Below, in pieces: positions 51,711 to 62,649 of a stretch of DNA of 64,000 bases; positions within the stretch are counted from its first letter, which is position 1, and each line of letters begins with the position of its first letter. The position numbers and the translations under genes were made by a program. Under the pieces are notes generated by a model. It did no database searches and had not been told where the DNA came from. It saw only the letters and a program-made list of their open reading frames with translations. Source of the stretch: Raillietiella orientalis (lineage: Eukaryota); contig JAYWIR010000044.1 in assembly GCA_036172245.1 (NCBI GenBank), positions 1,364,001 through 1,428,000 of the forward strand. The letters run 5' to 3'.

Positions 51711-52740
51711 CACTCACAGGGTCACGTCAGGGCGTTTGCTTAATAAAAATGTACATATCAGGAACTCAGTTCCCAACCAAATAGCTAAGAATAAGTTTCA
51801 AGGAGAGAGTGCACCGATACGCAGATCGGTCATTCTATAAGCCTGGAACGAATGGGAGGGAATGATAAGCAAAAATGCAAACAAGAGGACGGTAGGAAGG
51901 ACCAGATGTTTTTGTTTTCATGCCCCGCGCCTTTATGAACAGCCAAGAAAAGTCCTGAACGGGAACGGGAACTGATTTAATAAAAGAGGAAGGCTGACGA
52001 GGACAGAGGTCACAGGCTTGGTGCCTTCCTTCTTTATAGAATCGGCTCAGAATGCTGCCGACCTCCACCTCGACTTGCTCTTCTAGGCGAGTCTACCTAG
52101 CAGCCGCCCTCACATAGGCAGCTGCCAGGCAGATGGCCTCCCTCCGCTGTCCTTCCTTCTCCGAGGCATGATGCGGACCATGACGGTGGTGCAGGCCCGA
52201 CTCTGGCCAGGCTCTCTTCGCCATCACTAGGCCTGCCGAGATTCCGCTGCGGCGGATCACGGACGGGTGTCTTCCTGATGCAGCAGAGCTGCAGCCGTCC
52301 ACCGCGCAGTTTGCTGAGGTCAATGCAGTCCTAAGGCATGTAAGGCGGAACCGATTCTGCCGACCCGCACTTAGCACAGTTCAGGGGTGCAGCTCCCCTG
52401 GAGGCGAGGTTCCAGCGCCGATTGCGTTGGAGTTTCCAATGCAGGAGCGGCAGCACCCGCAGCAGCTGAAGCCATCCACATAGTCCCTTTGCTTGTGGAC
52501 GAGGAGTGGCAGTGGCCACCCGCTCGCTCGCTGTCCATCGGCTCTAAGGTTTTTGGTCTCTCCCGCAACTCCCACCCCGCCGGTAGGTAATTGTCCTCTC
52601 ATGCCCTGAGGGCAGACAACGCAGCGGCAAGAGGTAAGGCGCCAGGGTGGAAAGTTTCTTCGAGTCCTGCAGCACCTTTCCCAAGAGATGACGAGCGAAC
52701 AGGCGCAGCGGACGATCTTCTACGGCGCGCATTCCCTGGA
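51711..52740 (-). mobile_element. Family A 5'-truncated copy
   Basis: 'LHWKLQRN...LNCAKCGSAES', 'EAICLAAAYVRAAAR'; degenerate terminal motif 51711-51741; homologous to 26058-27040. Confidence 0.8.
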
Positions 52741-53259
52741 ACGCGGCTCAGGGTGCAACCGCCTCCTGCCTCTGGGCATTGAAGTTCAGAGGGAAGCAAG
52801 AAATGCATTGGAAGCTTCCATGAACAATTCTCGCATCTTGCAACGGAAGCGCGCCGGCAACCGGAGCAGTCCTTCGCTGCCGGCTCATCACCGCAGGATG
52901 AGGCGGCGCGCAGGCACATGCCACGGGGAAGTCCACAACGCAAAGGAAACAAACAAAACTGCAACTATAGCCGCGTCAGGACGCCTCGAGGAAGCATCCT
53001 GTGGCGCTTCTATGTCTTTGAGGCGGACACTGAACCCTCTCAGGTTCCCGGAACGCGCCGCGCTGCAGGCGTTGCGCTTGGAGATTGCCCGAGCAGGGCG
53101 GGAGGGCGAAAAGCAAAGGGCGGAGGATGGGGGCGGCGGAAACGCATTCCACGTGGCGTCTTGCTCCGGCGAGAGGCAGCTGCCACCGGGGAACGGGCCA
53201 AGAGACAAACTGGGACCTCCTGGAGACAGTTCGACCACGTGGAAGCGGAAATCGACTCG

Positions 53260-55070
53260 GCCATGACTGGCATTCTGCGTCGGCTCTGGAATGGAGGAAT
53301 GGTCGACGCCAAAGACTCTCCGTTTCGTCCCTTCCTTTATCTGCGTTTCTTTCCCTCCAGCTCCGGAATATTACCGTGAGCGACCTGCCAGCGGTGAACC
53401 CTCTCTCTAAATTTGATTTTTGGAGATTCCTGTTTCGAGGGTGGCGTTCCCGACTTCCCTGCCCATTTTTTGAGCATCGCTCGGCGTTGCTTTGGATGTG
53501 TACGGGACTTTCCAAATTGTTGCCGCGACGCCGGAGGTAGGATGAAGGGATTTAACTTACTAAGGATAAACACGTCCTGACCACTGGAAGATCACAGCAG
53601 GATATCCTGCCTTCCCACGACCTGGGATGAGTGAAGACCGGAGGTGGTTGAGACCAGGACTGCAACCCTGTAAAACGCTGATGTGGGCGACTGCCATCGT
53701 GCCAGGAAATGCTCCGGAGCTGCCGGGAGGGAAACCGTCCGTTCTCCCTACTGGACTCGGCAAAGGCCTCCGGAGTCCCCACTGGCCGCCCAAGCCGATT
53801 TTCTTTTTTCTCCAATCCACGAGGCTCTTCCTATTGGCACTTTGGATCCGACCGGTGGATGAAAACGCTGTCTCCGGACGCATATTTCTCCTCTTCGGCA
53901 GGATGCTCCTACAGGAATCCACTTCCTCCTGCACTTGGAAGTCCATCGGTAAACTCAAGTGACTCATCAGCTGATGGCTTTCGGCTCCGTCTTCAGCATC
54001 CACTTAGTCATCGCGGACAGCGCGTCGCGTTTCGGGAGCCGCGTGCGGCTCAGCTTGGCGTGCCGTCCCGCTCGAGACGGATTGGCGCACGACGGCTCCC
54101 TGTTCTACGTCTCCTGGGAACCCGGATCTTCACGGATCCACGGCCTCTGCACTCCTAGCGGTGCTGCCACGAGCAATTGCCTTGGAAGCTCATCCCCGCG
54201 AGACCGAAACGCCTTTTCGTAATGGCCGCGCTCGTCCTTTCGTGTTGACCACCACCGCTTCTCCAGGTGGAGGAAGATGCACGAGGACGAGGCAACTGAT
54301 GATGGCGGGGGAAGGCTGGGGGAAGTGAGCATTCCTAGAGGTCCATTCTGCTGGGTGCCGCCGGGCAGCTGGATCAAGTTCCAGTGGAAGAGCATGCGGA
54401 AGCGTTTCCACGACAACGCACTGTCCCCCTTTGGCGGAAACAGGACGCTTTTCTGCTGGTGCATTGGGGTTTATACTGCAACCAGCGCGCGCACCTGGTT
54501 TCCAGGGGAGTTGCGTCCCCGAACTGTGCAAAGAGCGGTGGAATCGCTTCCTCATCCGCTAATGGAATGCGGTGCCCTTCAGGAGCTGTGGCGGCGGCTG
54601 TCTTCAGCGCTCCTGCACCCCAGACACACCGCAATGGATTGTATGCGCCGCTTCCTCACGCGTGGTGGTCTTTCTCTGGGAGCGGTCGTCGCAATCATCT
54701 TCTGCGTCGGCGCCAATGTCAGGGCCCGCCACGTATTGCAGATGCGAGAGGTCCCAACATCGGTCCCCGACACTGCAGCCTGCAACCTGCAAATGGCTGC
54801 CGGATGGCCACACCTTGGAGCAGGAGTGAGGACGGAGATTGCCAGCATTCACCGCCGGTTCTGAGAATAGGAACGCTTGAACTGCATACCCCTATCCCCA
54901 CCCTCCCACCCTATTTATTTATTTATTATCCCCTCCCACCCGTTCCGAACTCTCAGTGTGCCCGACCTGCGAGCCGGGAACCCTCTTCACCATGTTCTGT
55001 TCCCCTTGCCTGGGAGCACAGTTCCCAGGTGATATTATTAATAAACGTCCCGGCGCATCCAGGTAATAAA
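53260..55070 (+). mobile_element. Family A element, internally deleted
   Basis: EN-like 'SKFDFW...FEHRSALL', 'HWGLYCNQ...SPNCAK', 'ESLPHPLMEC...AAGWPHLGAGVRTEIASIHRRF*' (stop 54864); terminal motif 55040-55070. Confidence 0.85.
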
Positions 55071-55299
55071 CGACAACGCACTGCGCGCACTCTCATCAAG
55101 CATCCTTCCCACGGAGAACCTCGGGACTCATGGCAATGGGTCCCTCTCCATTTCGAGAATGGGTATCCCTTGAGCTACATCTTCACCTTACACCTAATCT
55201 ACCATCTCCTCGTCGCTCCCGGCACCCTCAGGAATATCCTTAAGGAATCCTCGCCAGCACGTTCCCCACCCCCTCCCTTGGCTGAGATGGGGGTTGCGG

Positions 55300-57400
55300 C
55301 CGCCTGCAGGTCTGGGGTTTCTCTCGGCACAAGAGACTCTCTACTCACACCGCGAGTGGATGAGTGGTGCGTGTAGCTGTTCATGGGAGCGGTTTCTGCA
55401 AGATGGCGGCGTACTGGTAGTCAAGGGAGGAGAGCAGAGCAGGCGATCCGGGATTTGGAGAATCCTTTGGATGGGTCCGGAAGACCGGATCGAACCTTTC
55501 GGCACCCAGATCCACCGGAAAAGCACTCAGAGCATCGTTCCGTAGACCAACCGCGTCGTTTACCATGACAGCAGGGACTCTGTCGCCTTGGAGATCCTCC
55601 TGCACCGCATCAGGATCCTCCTTCAGACGGTGGGTTCTTGAACGTTCGGCGGAAGTTTTTGCCCGAAGTCAACAAGTAGTGGAGCCGCTGAAGTAACGCA
55701 TGCGGCCGTCTCATTGGACAAAAGTGCTCGGCGGCAGGAATCCCTGGCAACGTGGATGCGAGGGACAGTCCAACACTCCCGAACAGCAGCGCCATCAGTT
55801 GTCTGGGGAATTACCCCCTTGCAGGGATACTAGACGATGTGGATCCTCTTCCCCACATACCGGCGTGTGACCATTGAGGACTTTATAGTCGGTATCTGGA
55901 GGAGGAGGAAGAGGAAGAGGCGCTTCGAGGTCACCCAGTCCACTGGCTGGTGGAAAACCCACTGCCTGGAGAACGAGGTTACTCCAGTGGTTCCAGCTCA
56001 GCGTCTTCAAAGACGAATGGAGTTTCTGAGGATTTCCAGGAAGAACTCCGAGATCCTGTGCTTCCTCGCCGTAGAAATTCCGTCTTCCGTCTTCGGTGCC
56101 AGCAGACCTCCTTCTTGCTGGAGCACTGGACCCTTCATCGAAGCGAGGAACGCCACCACGCCTTGGCAGAGAGGGTGCTAAAGGAATGCTCCCATTGCAA
56201 TGTGGGATGCCGCGTCAGGAATGAGAGGGAATCGCTGAGGCACGTCAGTCCCTCGACGCCGCCCCAAGAGACCGACGCTTGGTGTCTGCGTCGGAGAGCA
56301 CGTGGTTGAGGATGTCCGCGCGTAGCACGAAGCATCGCGGGTTCGAATCCCACCCGGAGAAGGATGAATGCCGAGAGATGAGTGCGTCATGGTTTCAGCT
56401 CCCCCAGCAAGATAACGCTGGTTGGACTGCATTCGGGTGCTGCATTGGTGGCTGTTGAAATCAGATGCCCTCAGTGAGTGGCCGAGACAATGGGAGTCGA
56501 CCCTTCGGGATCCTTCCAAGGATCAAGGATTCCTTCGGGCTTTCCCTCCAGTTGTTCTAAGGAGACATTCCCTAACTATGGAGCTGGTGGATCGATGACA
56601 CCTCTCCAAGAAGCGCACTGTTCCCTTCGGGGAGGGACGCTTCCGAGAAATTGGGAAGCGTTTCTTCGAGGTTCTCTTCAGAAAAGAAAGGAGAGGTTTC
56701 TTAGCTGGCTCCCTTCAGAGAAGAAATTCCAGGACCAGATACTTTCCAGGTTTTCTCCAGGATAGAATTAGGAAGAGATTCCCTTCGGAATTCTCTTCGG
56801 GGACACCAAGATGAAAAGGTTCCCTTCGGGGATCCTTCGCAGGCGTGAGGGAATCGGACTTGCAGCCCTTTTTGTACTCTCATAGGGCGATCTCCTCCTG
56901 GGGTATCCTCTGTCTTGAAGAATTAGACGCACCCTCGGTTGGTGTTAAAGAACCGCGTGAGTCGCCAGGCGGACGACGGTCCGCGAGAAACTCAGCGAAC
57001 CAAAAAGAAAAAAAAAGTAAAAGGCCGGAAGGAATGCAGCGAAGGCAGAAGAGCTCGGAAGGATTCCCATCATCTGAGGGGAAGTGAATAGTTGCATGGA
57101 AGCAAAGAAGAGGAAGCATTGGAGGTGTGGGCAACCCGGGAAGTGACGGACGCTGCGACCCTGAGTGTCTCCACCCACGGACTTGTACTCTGGGGAAAGC
57201 TGCCTGACATCCCTCCAGAGAAGGAGGTGAAGCGACCTCAGCATTTTGGAAGGGCTCTCTTTCTCGAGTGGCGGGAGTTGGCGCTGCTGGCGTTACATGG
57301 AGGAATGCAAAGCGCACCTCCACCACTGTACGTGGGTCGGGTAGGGAAGGAGCATGGACGCTCAGAGTGCCACATGTCCAGGAAGAAGGAGATCCTCCTG
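55300..57400 (+). mobile_element. Family B copy: ORF2 3' part, spacer, then ORF1-like region
   Basis: 'CRVRNERESLRH', 'KHRGFES', 'GVDPSGSFQ', CTTCGG-rich spacer, then 'KLPDIPPEKEVKRPQHFGRALFLEW...PPPLYVG'. Confidence 0.75.
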
Positions 57401-57414
57401 CTCCTGCTGCTAGA

Positions 57415-59400
57415 TTTTCACCCGGATTTCTCCGGGTCGTTTATTAAAAAAAATAAACTTTATGGTAAAAATGTCAGTGGCTGCAGCAACGCTGCAGCCA
57501 AGCACGAAGAACCACGGAGCCTGCCAGGTCACCGGTTCTCAGACCGTTACGCTCCACCAAGGCAGCAGGGGAAGGGGGAAAAACAAAAAAAACTAAACAA
57601 AAAGAAAAAAAGAGTGGGAGGAAACGGGAAGGGATCACTGTTGCTGCTAAGGCCGCATCATCCTTCTCAGGATGCCGGCAAGCTCTTGCTGCATTTGAGG
57701 ATCCAGGTGGGGCCATCGCGACGCCCTCCTCAGGAATTGGGAGGAGCACTGGATGGCATCCTTATTGCGTGGTTCTCCCGTAGCCGTGCTCCATGCGGCG
57801 ACGATCCCGCGAAGGCAACACAAGGCCGTTATCGAGGCCGCTGGCCGGAGGACGTCGGCAACGAAGAGGTCTTTTAAAGCGTCCCTGGGGTTGCCGCAGG
57901 GGATTCCGATGGCCGCGGCAAAGCGGAACCAAAAGGGCCGAAGGGCAACACAATCCACATGCAGGTGGGGGAGGGACTCCCGTTCCCCACACCTAACACA
58001 ATTGGGATCCACCGCTCCCCAGGTCCAATGATGTCGGTGGGCATTGCAGGGGAGTCCCCAATGCTGCTGCAACAGTAGAGCCGACTCCTGCCATTTTAAG
58101 GGAGGGTGGAAGTGTTCATGCGCACCGGGGGCCACTTCAGATGTTCAATCGGAACATCGAGCAGCGCTCCCCAACGCAGAAGTCCATTAGGAGGCGTACT
58201 CGGGGTCGCAGTGTCTGTCAACTGGCCCGTCTTCCACTCTCCTATCTTCTTCTCCTTCCCGGAGATTTTTATCCTAACCTCCCACTTCGCCGCAACATCG
58301 CTGTCCAGATCTTCCATCAGGGAGGGCAGCGCAGCAGCGAGGGGGGTTCTTCCTGACCACGCGCGCTTCTTCGGATCCTGTAGGATCTCTAGGAGCGTGC
58401 AACTTCTGTAGCATCCAAAAAGGAAACGCCGTTCCTGTTGGGAGCGTTGCATGCCGCACTGTGCCCACGTGCAAACGGTTTCCTGCAACCAGGCACTACC
58501 GTTCGCGGGGAGACAGGTGATCCATCCTTGGTTTTTTCGAACCAAGGGGGCCACCCTCCGCAGCTGGAGCCCACATCGGTTGATGCGGCTTCGATGGAGC
58601 GCAAGAAACGACGTAAGTCCCGTCTTGCCGGTGGCTTGCTGGAGAAGGAGACGTGCAGGGACGCACCAACAGGTGCACCACAACTCTGGAACAAGTGCCG
58701 ACATTCGGAACTGGAGCTGAAGCTCCAGCCGCTCCAATGTCAGGAGACCGAGACCGCCGTCCCGACACGGAGCGCACAAGTACTTCAAGCGGACTCGGGC
58801 CCTTCCGTTGCCCCAAAGGGCGATACGGAGGAGGTTCCTTCGTCCGCTTTTTGATCCTCTCTGTGGGGGGGCAAACAAAAAGCAGGGGGCGGAGGAGAGG
58901 AGCCGCGAACGTGTTCCAAACCGCGGCCCGTTCAGGCAGGAAAAACCTATCGCCTCGGAACGGGCCGATCGCCGTCTCTACTTTTTGGAGGCAGCCGGAC
59001 CACGCTTCCGCAGGGGAGTAGTCCCCAACGGCTACACCAAGGTACTTGAAGTACCTCACCGTGGGGATCCCCAAACGGACCCAGTCCTGCTGCCCTGCTC
59101 ACGCCGCACCAACTGCCATCACGGACGACTTCGTCCTGTTCATTGTAAGTCCGGTTCCCCGATGCAGCAGGTCGAAGAACTCCTCGACCGCCGCAGCCGG
59201 GGTGGACATAGGGAGCAGCAGCAGAAGCTCGTCCGCGCACGCTGGAACCGCAGGCGTACCGGCACAGTCGCGCGGCAGGTGCGCCAGAGTTTCCCTGTAC
59301 GCTCTCAGTACCAACTGAAAGTAGGTACTGAAGAGCAAGGGGCTCAGGCTGTCTCCCTGCCGGATCCCACGCCGCACCGGCACGCCTTTGCACGCCTAAC
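57415..59400 (-). mobile_element. Family A element, best-preserved copy (RT to 3' end)
   Basis: 'RRGIRQGDSLSPLLFS...ACADELLLLLP', 'YFKYLGV', 'LCAPCRDGGLGL', 'HWGLPCN...NCVRCGERESLPHLHVDC', 'SRWPHL..ELAGILRR'; terminal motif 57415-57445. Confidence 0.92.
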
Positions 59401-59429
59401 CTCCTGCTGCTAGACTGCGTCGCCTATCA

Positions 59430-59900
59430 ATCCCTTTGGGATCGCCCAGAAACGACCCTAGGAATCATGGTGGGTGGCTCCAGGGGCATTTTCAGACGTC
59501 TCTCCGTGGAGGATGCCGCCGCGCTGCTGCCAGTCGCGTCCCTCGCAGTTCCCTGCTGTCTCCGCCAGACCAGAAGAGGCCAAAATGGCAAAGACGCCAT
59601 CCAATGGGCACGGATACTCCTAAAGACTGCCTCGAGATGGCCCTAAGTGGGCTCTATACCAACAGAACCTGCCAGCATCCTGAAAAGGATGCAGAGGACG
59701 CGTGGTATCGTACTGTGATCCCTTCTTCGTTCCTCCCTCCACGAGTAGGAATCCTCCTTCCCTGTTTTTGTGTATTTATTTTTTAATTTTTCCGTTTTCC
59801 CCTCCCCTACACTACCGAAGTGGACCCTGCCATTCTGCGCAGGTTTTCTGCAGGTTCATTGTACGTGACAGAACCAAGGGTTCTACCACAGCAATGTACC
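59430..59900 (+). mobile_element. Family A C-terminus and UTR
   Basis: cctgccagcatcctgaaaaggatgcagagga...tgatcccttc homologous to the minus-strand copy at 48970-48890. Confidence 0.7.
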
Positions 59901-59929
59901 TTCATTGCTTTATGTGGTAAATGCTTTGA

Positions 59930-60450
59930 TGGGCGATGATGATCATCTGAGGACAAGAAGAATGCGGCTAGCAGCCTAATGGGGCACTTGCCAATCTCCA
60001 CCACCCATATCCGAAGCACGATGAAAATGTCCCATTCTGGGACGAGGGGCGCGAGTGGATTTCGGAGCGCTTACGGGCAGACTCGGTTGAAACCGCTGAA
60101 CGCACCTCCCATTCCTCCTATTTCCGTTCCGGCAAAGATGATCGGCACCCGAGAGGGATGCCCTGAAGCTGGTCCACCCCCGTTTCCTGTTTTTAAATCC
60201 TTTCAATGTCCCTGCTCCTCTCCTTCGTCTCCTACCTACTTCTGACCTCCGCAGCAGAGGTAGCTCCTGGTTTGTGTCGGCGAGTGCCGGAATCCAGAGG
60301 CAACGTCTTGATTTACTTATTCTCTTGAAAGGAATGGTCCAGCCATGAGGTGGTCAAGCGGAGGAGAAGGAAGTAAGACCCCGGGAGCACAGTGGTCCCC
60401 AGCATTCGAAACGGGAGCGGGTTGGAGGAGGAGGCGGGAAAGGCGTGGAG
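59930..60450 (+). mobile_element. Possible R2-type N-terminus (zinc finger/Myb remnants)
   Basis: 'KCP..G...FRSAYG' and 'RWS' remnants; weak. Confidence 0.3.
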
Positions 60451-60689
60451 GCAAAAATGTGGCAAGAAGGATCGGTCCAGCTCCGAGCTCTCGATCGAAA
60501 CCTCCGAAATTCATAAATTTCAGAGCGCTCGTACAAAACCCGGAAGCATCCGAGAGGACTCGAGCAAAGTGCGCACCGATAATTCCCAAAAAGAACGCTG
60601 ATTTTGTTTACAACCAGATATTTTTTATAACAGACATTTTTATCCCCTTTCAATTTTTTTCCACTGTTGATAACATTCATATGTAAAAC

Positions 60690-61520
60690 CTCAGCACGGT
60701 TCACGAAGATGACCGCGACATGTCCGAATGCGAACTCCAGCTCTTGCGGTTGGCTACTTGTCGGAAGAGAACGGTTGCATCCCCTGCAACTCAGCAAAAC
60801 GTACGGACCGGTCAAAGGAAACAGTTGCCATGCACGCGAAGATCAACGAGCCCACATCGGAGTGATCGCAGCGGTTGCCGTACCTCCTTTACAACAGTTG
60901 TTCCCTGTAGGGGGAATCATCGTTCACCTCGTGAAGACTGAGTGGGGAAAGACAAACTCCCTTGCCGCAGCGCTGAGGATGCAAAACGGCAGCAGCCAGC
61001 AACGTGGGAGCACTCTTGCGAAGTGAATTCAAGCACAAGCCGATAAGAGGTTGCACCTGACCGACCTCAATAGCCCTGCAAAAAAGAATGTTTCCACTTT
61101 TTACACCCGAATTCCTCACGAGAATCTGATTTGGCAGCCCATGAGAGCCCGAACACTCGCAACCTCCCCATCAGGTGCATCGCGGCGTCGCGGCCACCAC
61201 TTTAAGAAGATACAAATAAACACAGGGAGGGCAAACAGTTGCAAGTGCGAAGACCTAGAATTTCTTTATCACCTGCTTGTGGATTGCACATCGAACTCCG
61301 AGATCAGCGAGAACGTTCCGCAGCCGGACACCGGATCCCAGCGCGCTACCCCAGATGTGTTTTTCTTCAGTCCCTCTTCGCCCAGAAGACTCCCTGTCGC
61401 CAACTGCGCCGTCAGCAGCTCTGTGCCGTCCCCGCGGGACTCCGTCGGCATGGAACGACTCCAGAGCTGGAGAGGATGGCGCGATAGGAACGGCATCGAT
61501 TTCCTCTTCGCTTCCTAAGG
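60690..61520 (+). mobile_element. L1-like ORF2 3' relic
   Basis: ORF 61051-61518 'NSCKCEDLEFLYHLLVDC'. Confidence 0.6.
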
Positions 61521-62649
61521 AGGAAAACGAGAAGGACTCACCCGGAGAACGCACAACCGCACCTTGCAGACCCCTCTCCCCTCCTACAAGCAGGCCACGT
61601 CCATGCAAATGTAAACGCCAATGCACCTGACATGCGGTTCCCAAGTATGGCCTGAGTGGAACAAATCAGAATCTTATCATAAACCACACCGCGCAGCCTC
61701 TCTGCAGAGTTCCAGCTCGGAAAATTCGTACACACGAATACCTCGCGGAAGCTGCCCAATCCTCGAACACCCCCAGATGGCCCCGAAGCTATCAAAGCAT
61801 CCAGGAGCACTTTCGCTAACAAGAGTTTCTAGCTTGCTTTGCTTGCGCTGGACTCTCCCTCGTTCCCTCTGCATCCGAGGACCATCCACACAACAGTTCC
61901 CCACCAGCAACACACAGGCTCACCTGACACTACGTTCCCCGGACGTTTATCAGGTCAGCAATAGAGGGAGAGGGACAACGGCTGTCCGGTTATTGGACAG
62001 CGTCTGCATGGCTCCCTCTGGTTTCCACGAAGCGATTGCGGTCATCATCGCTGCCTATGCATCGACTCGGGAGCACACCAGAAAAGGAGAATTCGATTAA
62101 ACGAGGACGGACATTCCAGTGCTCCTCCATCATTCATTCAACCGGATGCAGCTTCCCCAAAAAGCTACGTCTCGTGAGTTCCGGAAACCACGCGGAACTC
62201 GAGCACGAAGCCTCAAGGGCTGCAACAGCAGCCACTCGCACAGCAGCACCTTCGCATGCGGAGCAAGATGCCCTGAACGGCGCTCAACACTCTCCAACCA
62301 CCGGCGACAAAGAGCTTCCTAAGACCCGCAGCCGAGTTTGGCACAAGCGGGCAAGGGACCGAATCTCCTCGCAGCCGGGCGCAGCATCTCGCCCGTACAC
62401 CTGCACAGGAAAGCGACGGACACTTTTGACTTTTCAATCCGGACGTCAATCGTCGACACTCTCGAAGGATCGAATCAAAGCAACGGTGCACTCCGAATTT
62501 CCATTGCATTCCCTTCCACGAAGACCAGCCCCTCTCTCCCTCTTCTCCTTCCATGACAGCTATCCATGCGAATGCGCACTCCCCGCAAGGTATTCGAGGG
62601 AAATCTCATGTACCATCAGCATGTGGGTCCCTCCTTTCCTCCGTCCCTC

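Noticed and set aside
54384..55376. 330-aa ORF as an intact protein
   Set aside because: Alternate frame of a frameshifted LINE C-terminus reading through the UTR, the terminal motif and the next fragment.
56336..56353. tRNA B-box-like GGGTTCGAATCCC (variants at ~4208, 18175, 28415, 50908)
   Set aside because: No A box or cloverleaf; in every copy it falls within the family B coding motif (K/R)RRGFE(S/Y).
19811..57445. Recurrent ~30-nt hairpin motif as a CRISPR repeat
   Set aside because: Copies are kilobases apart, on both strands, tied to LINE 3' ends; no cas genes; eukaryotic context.
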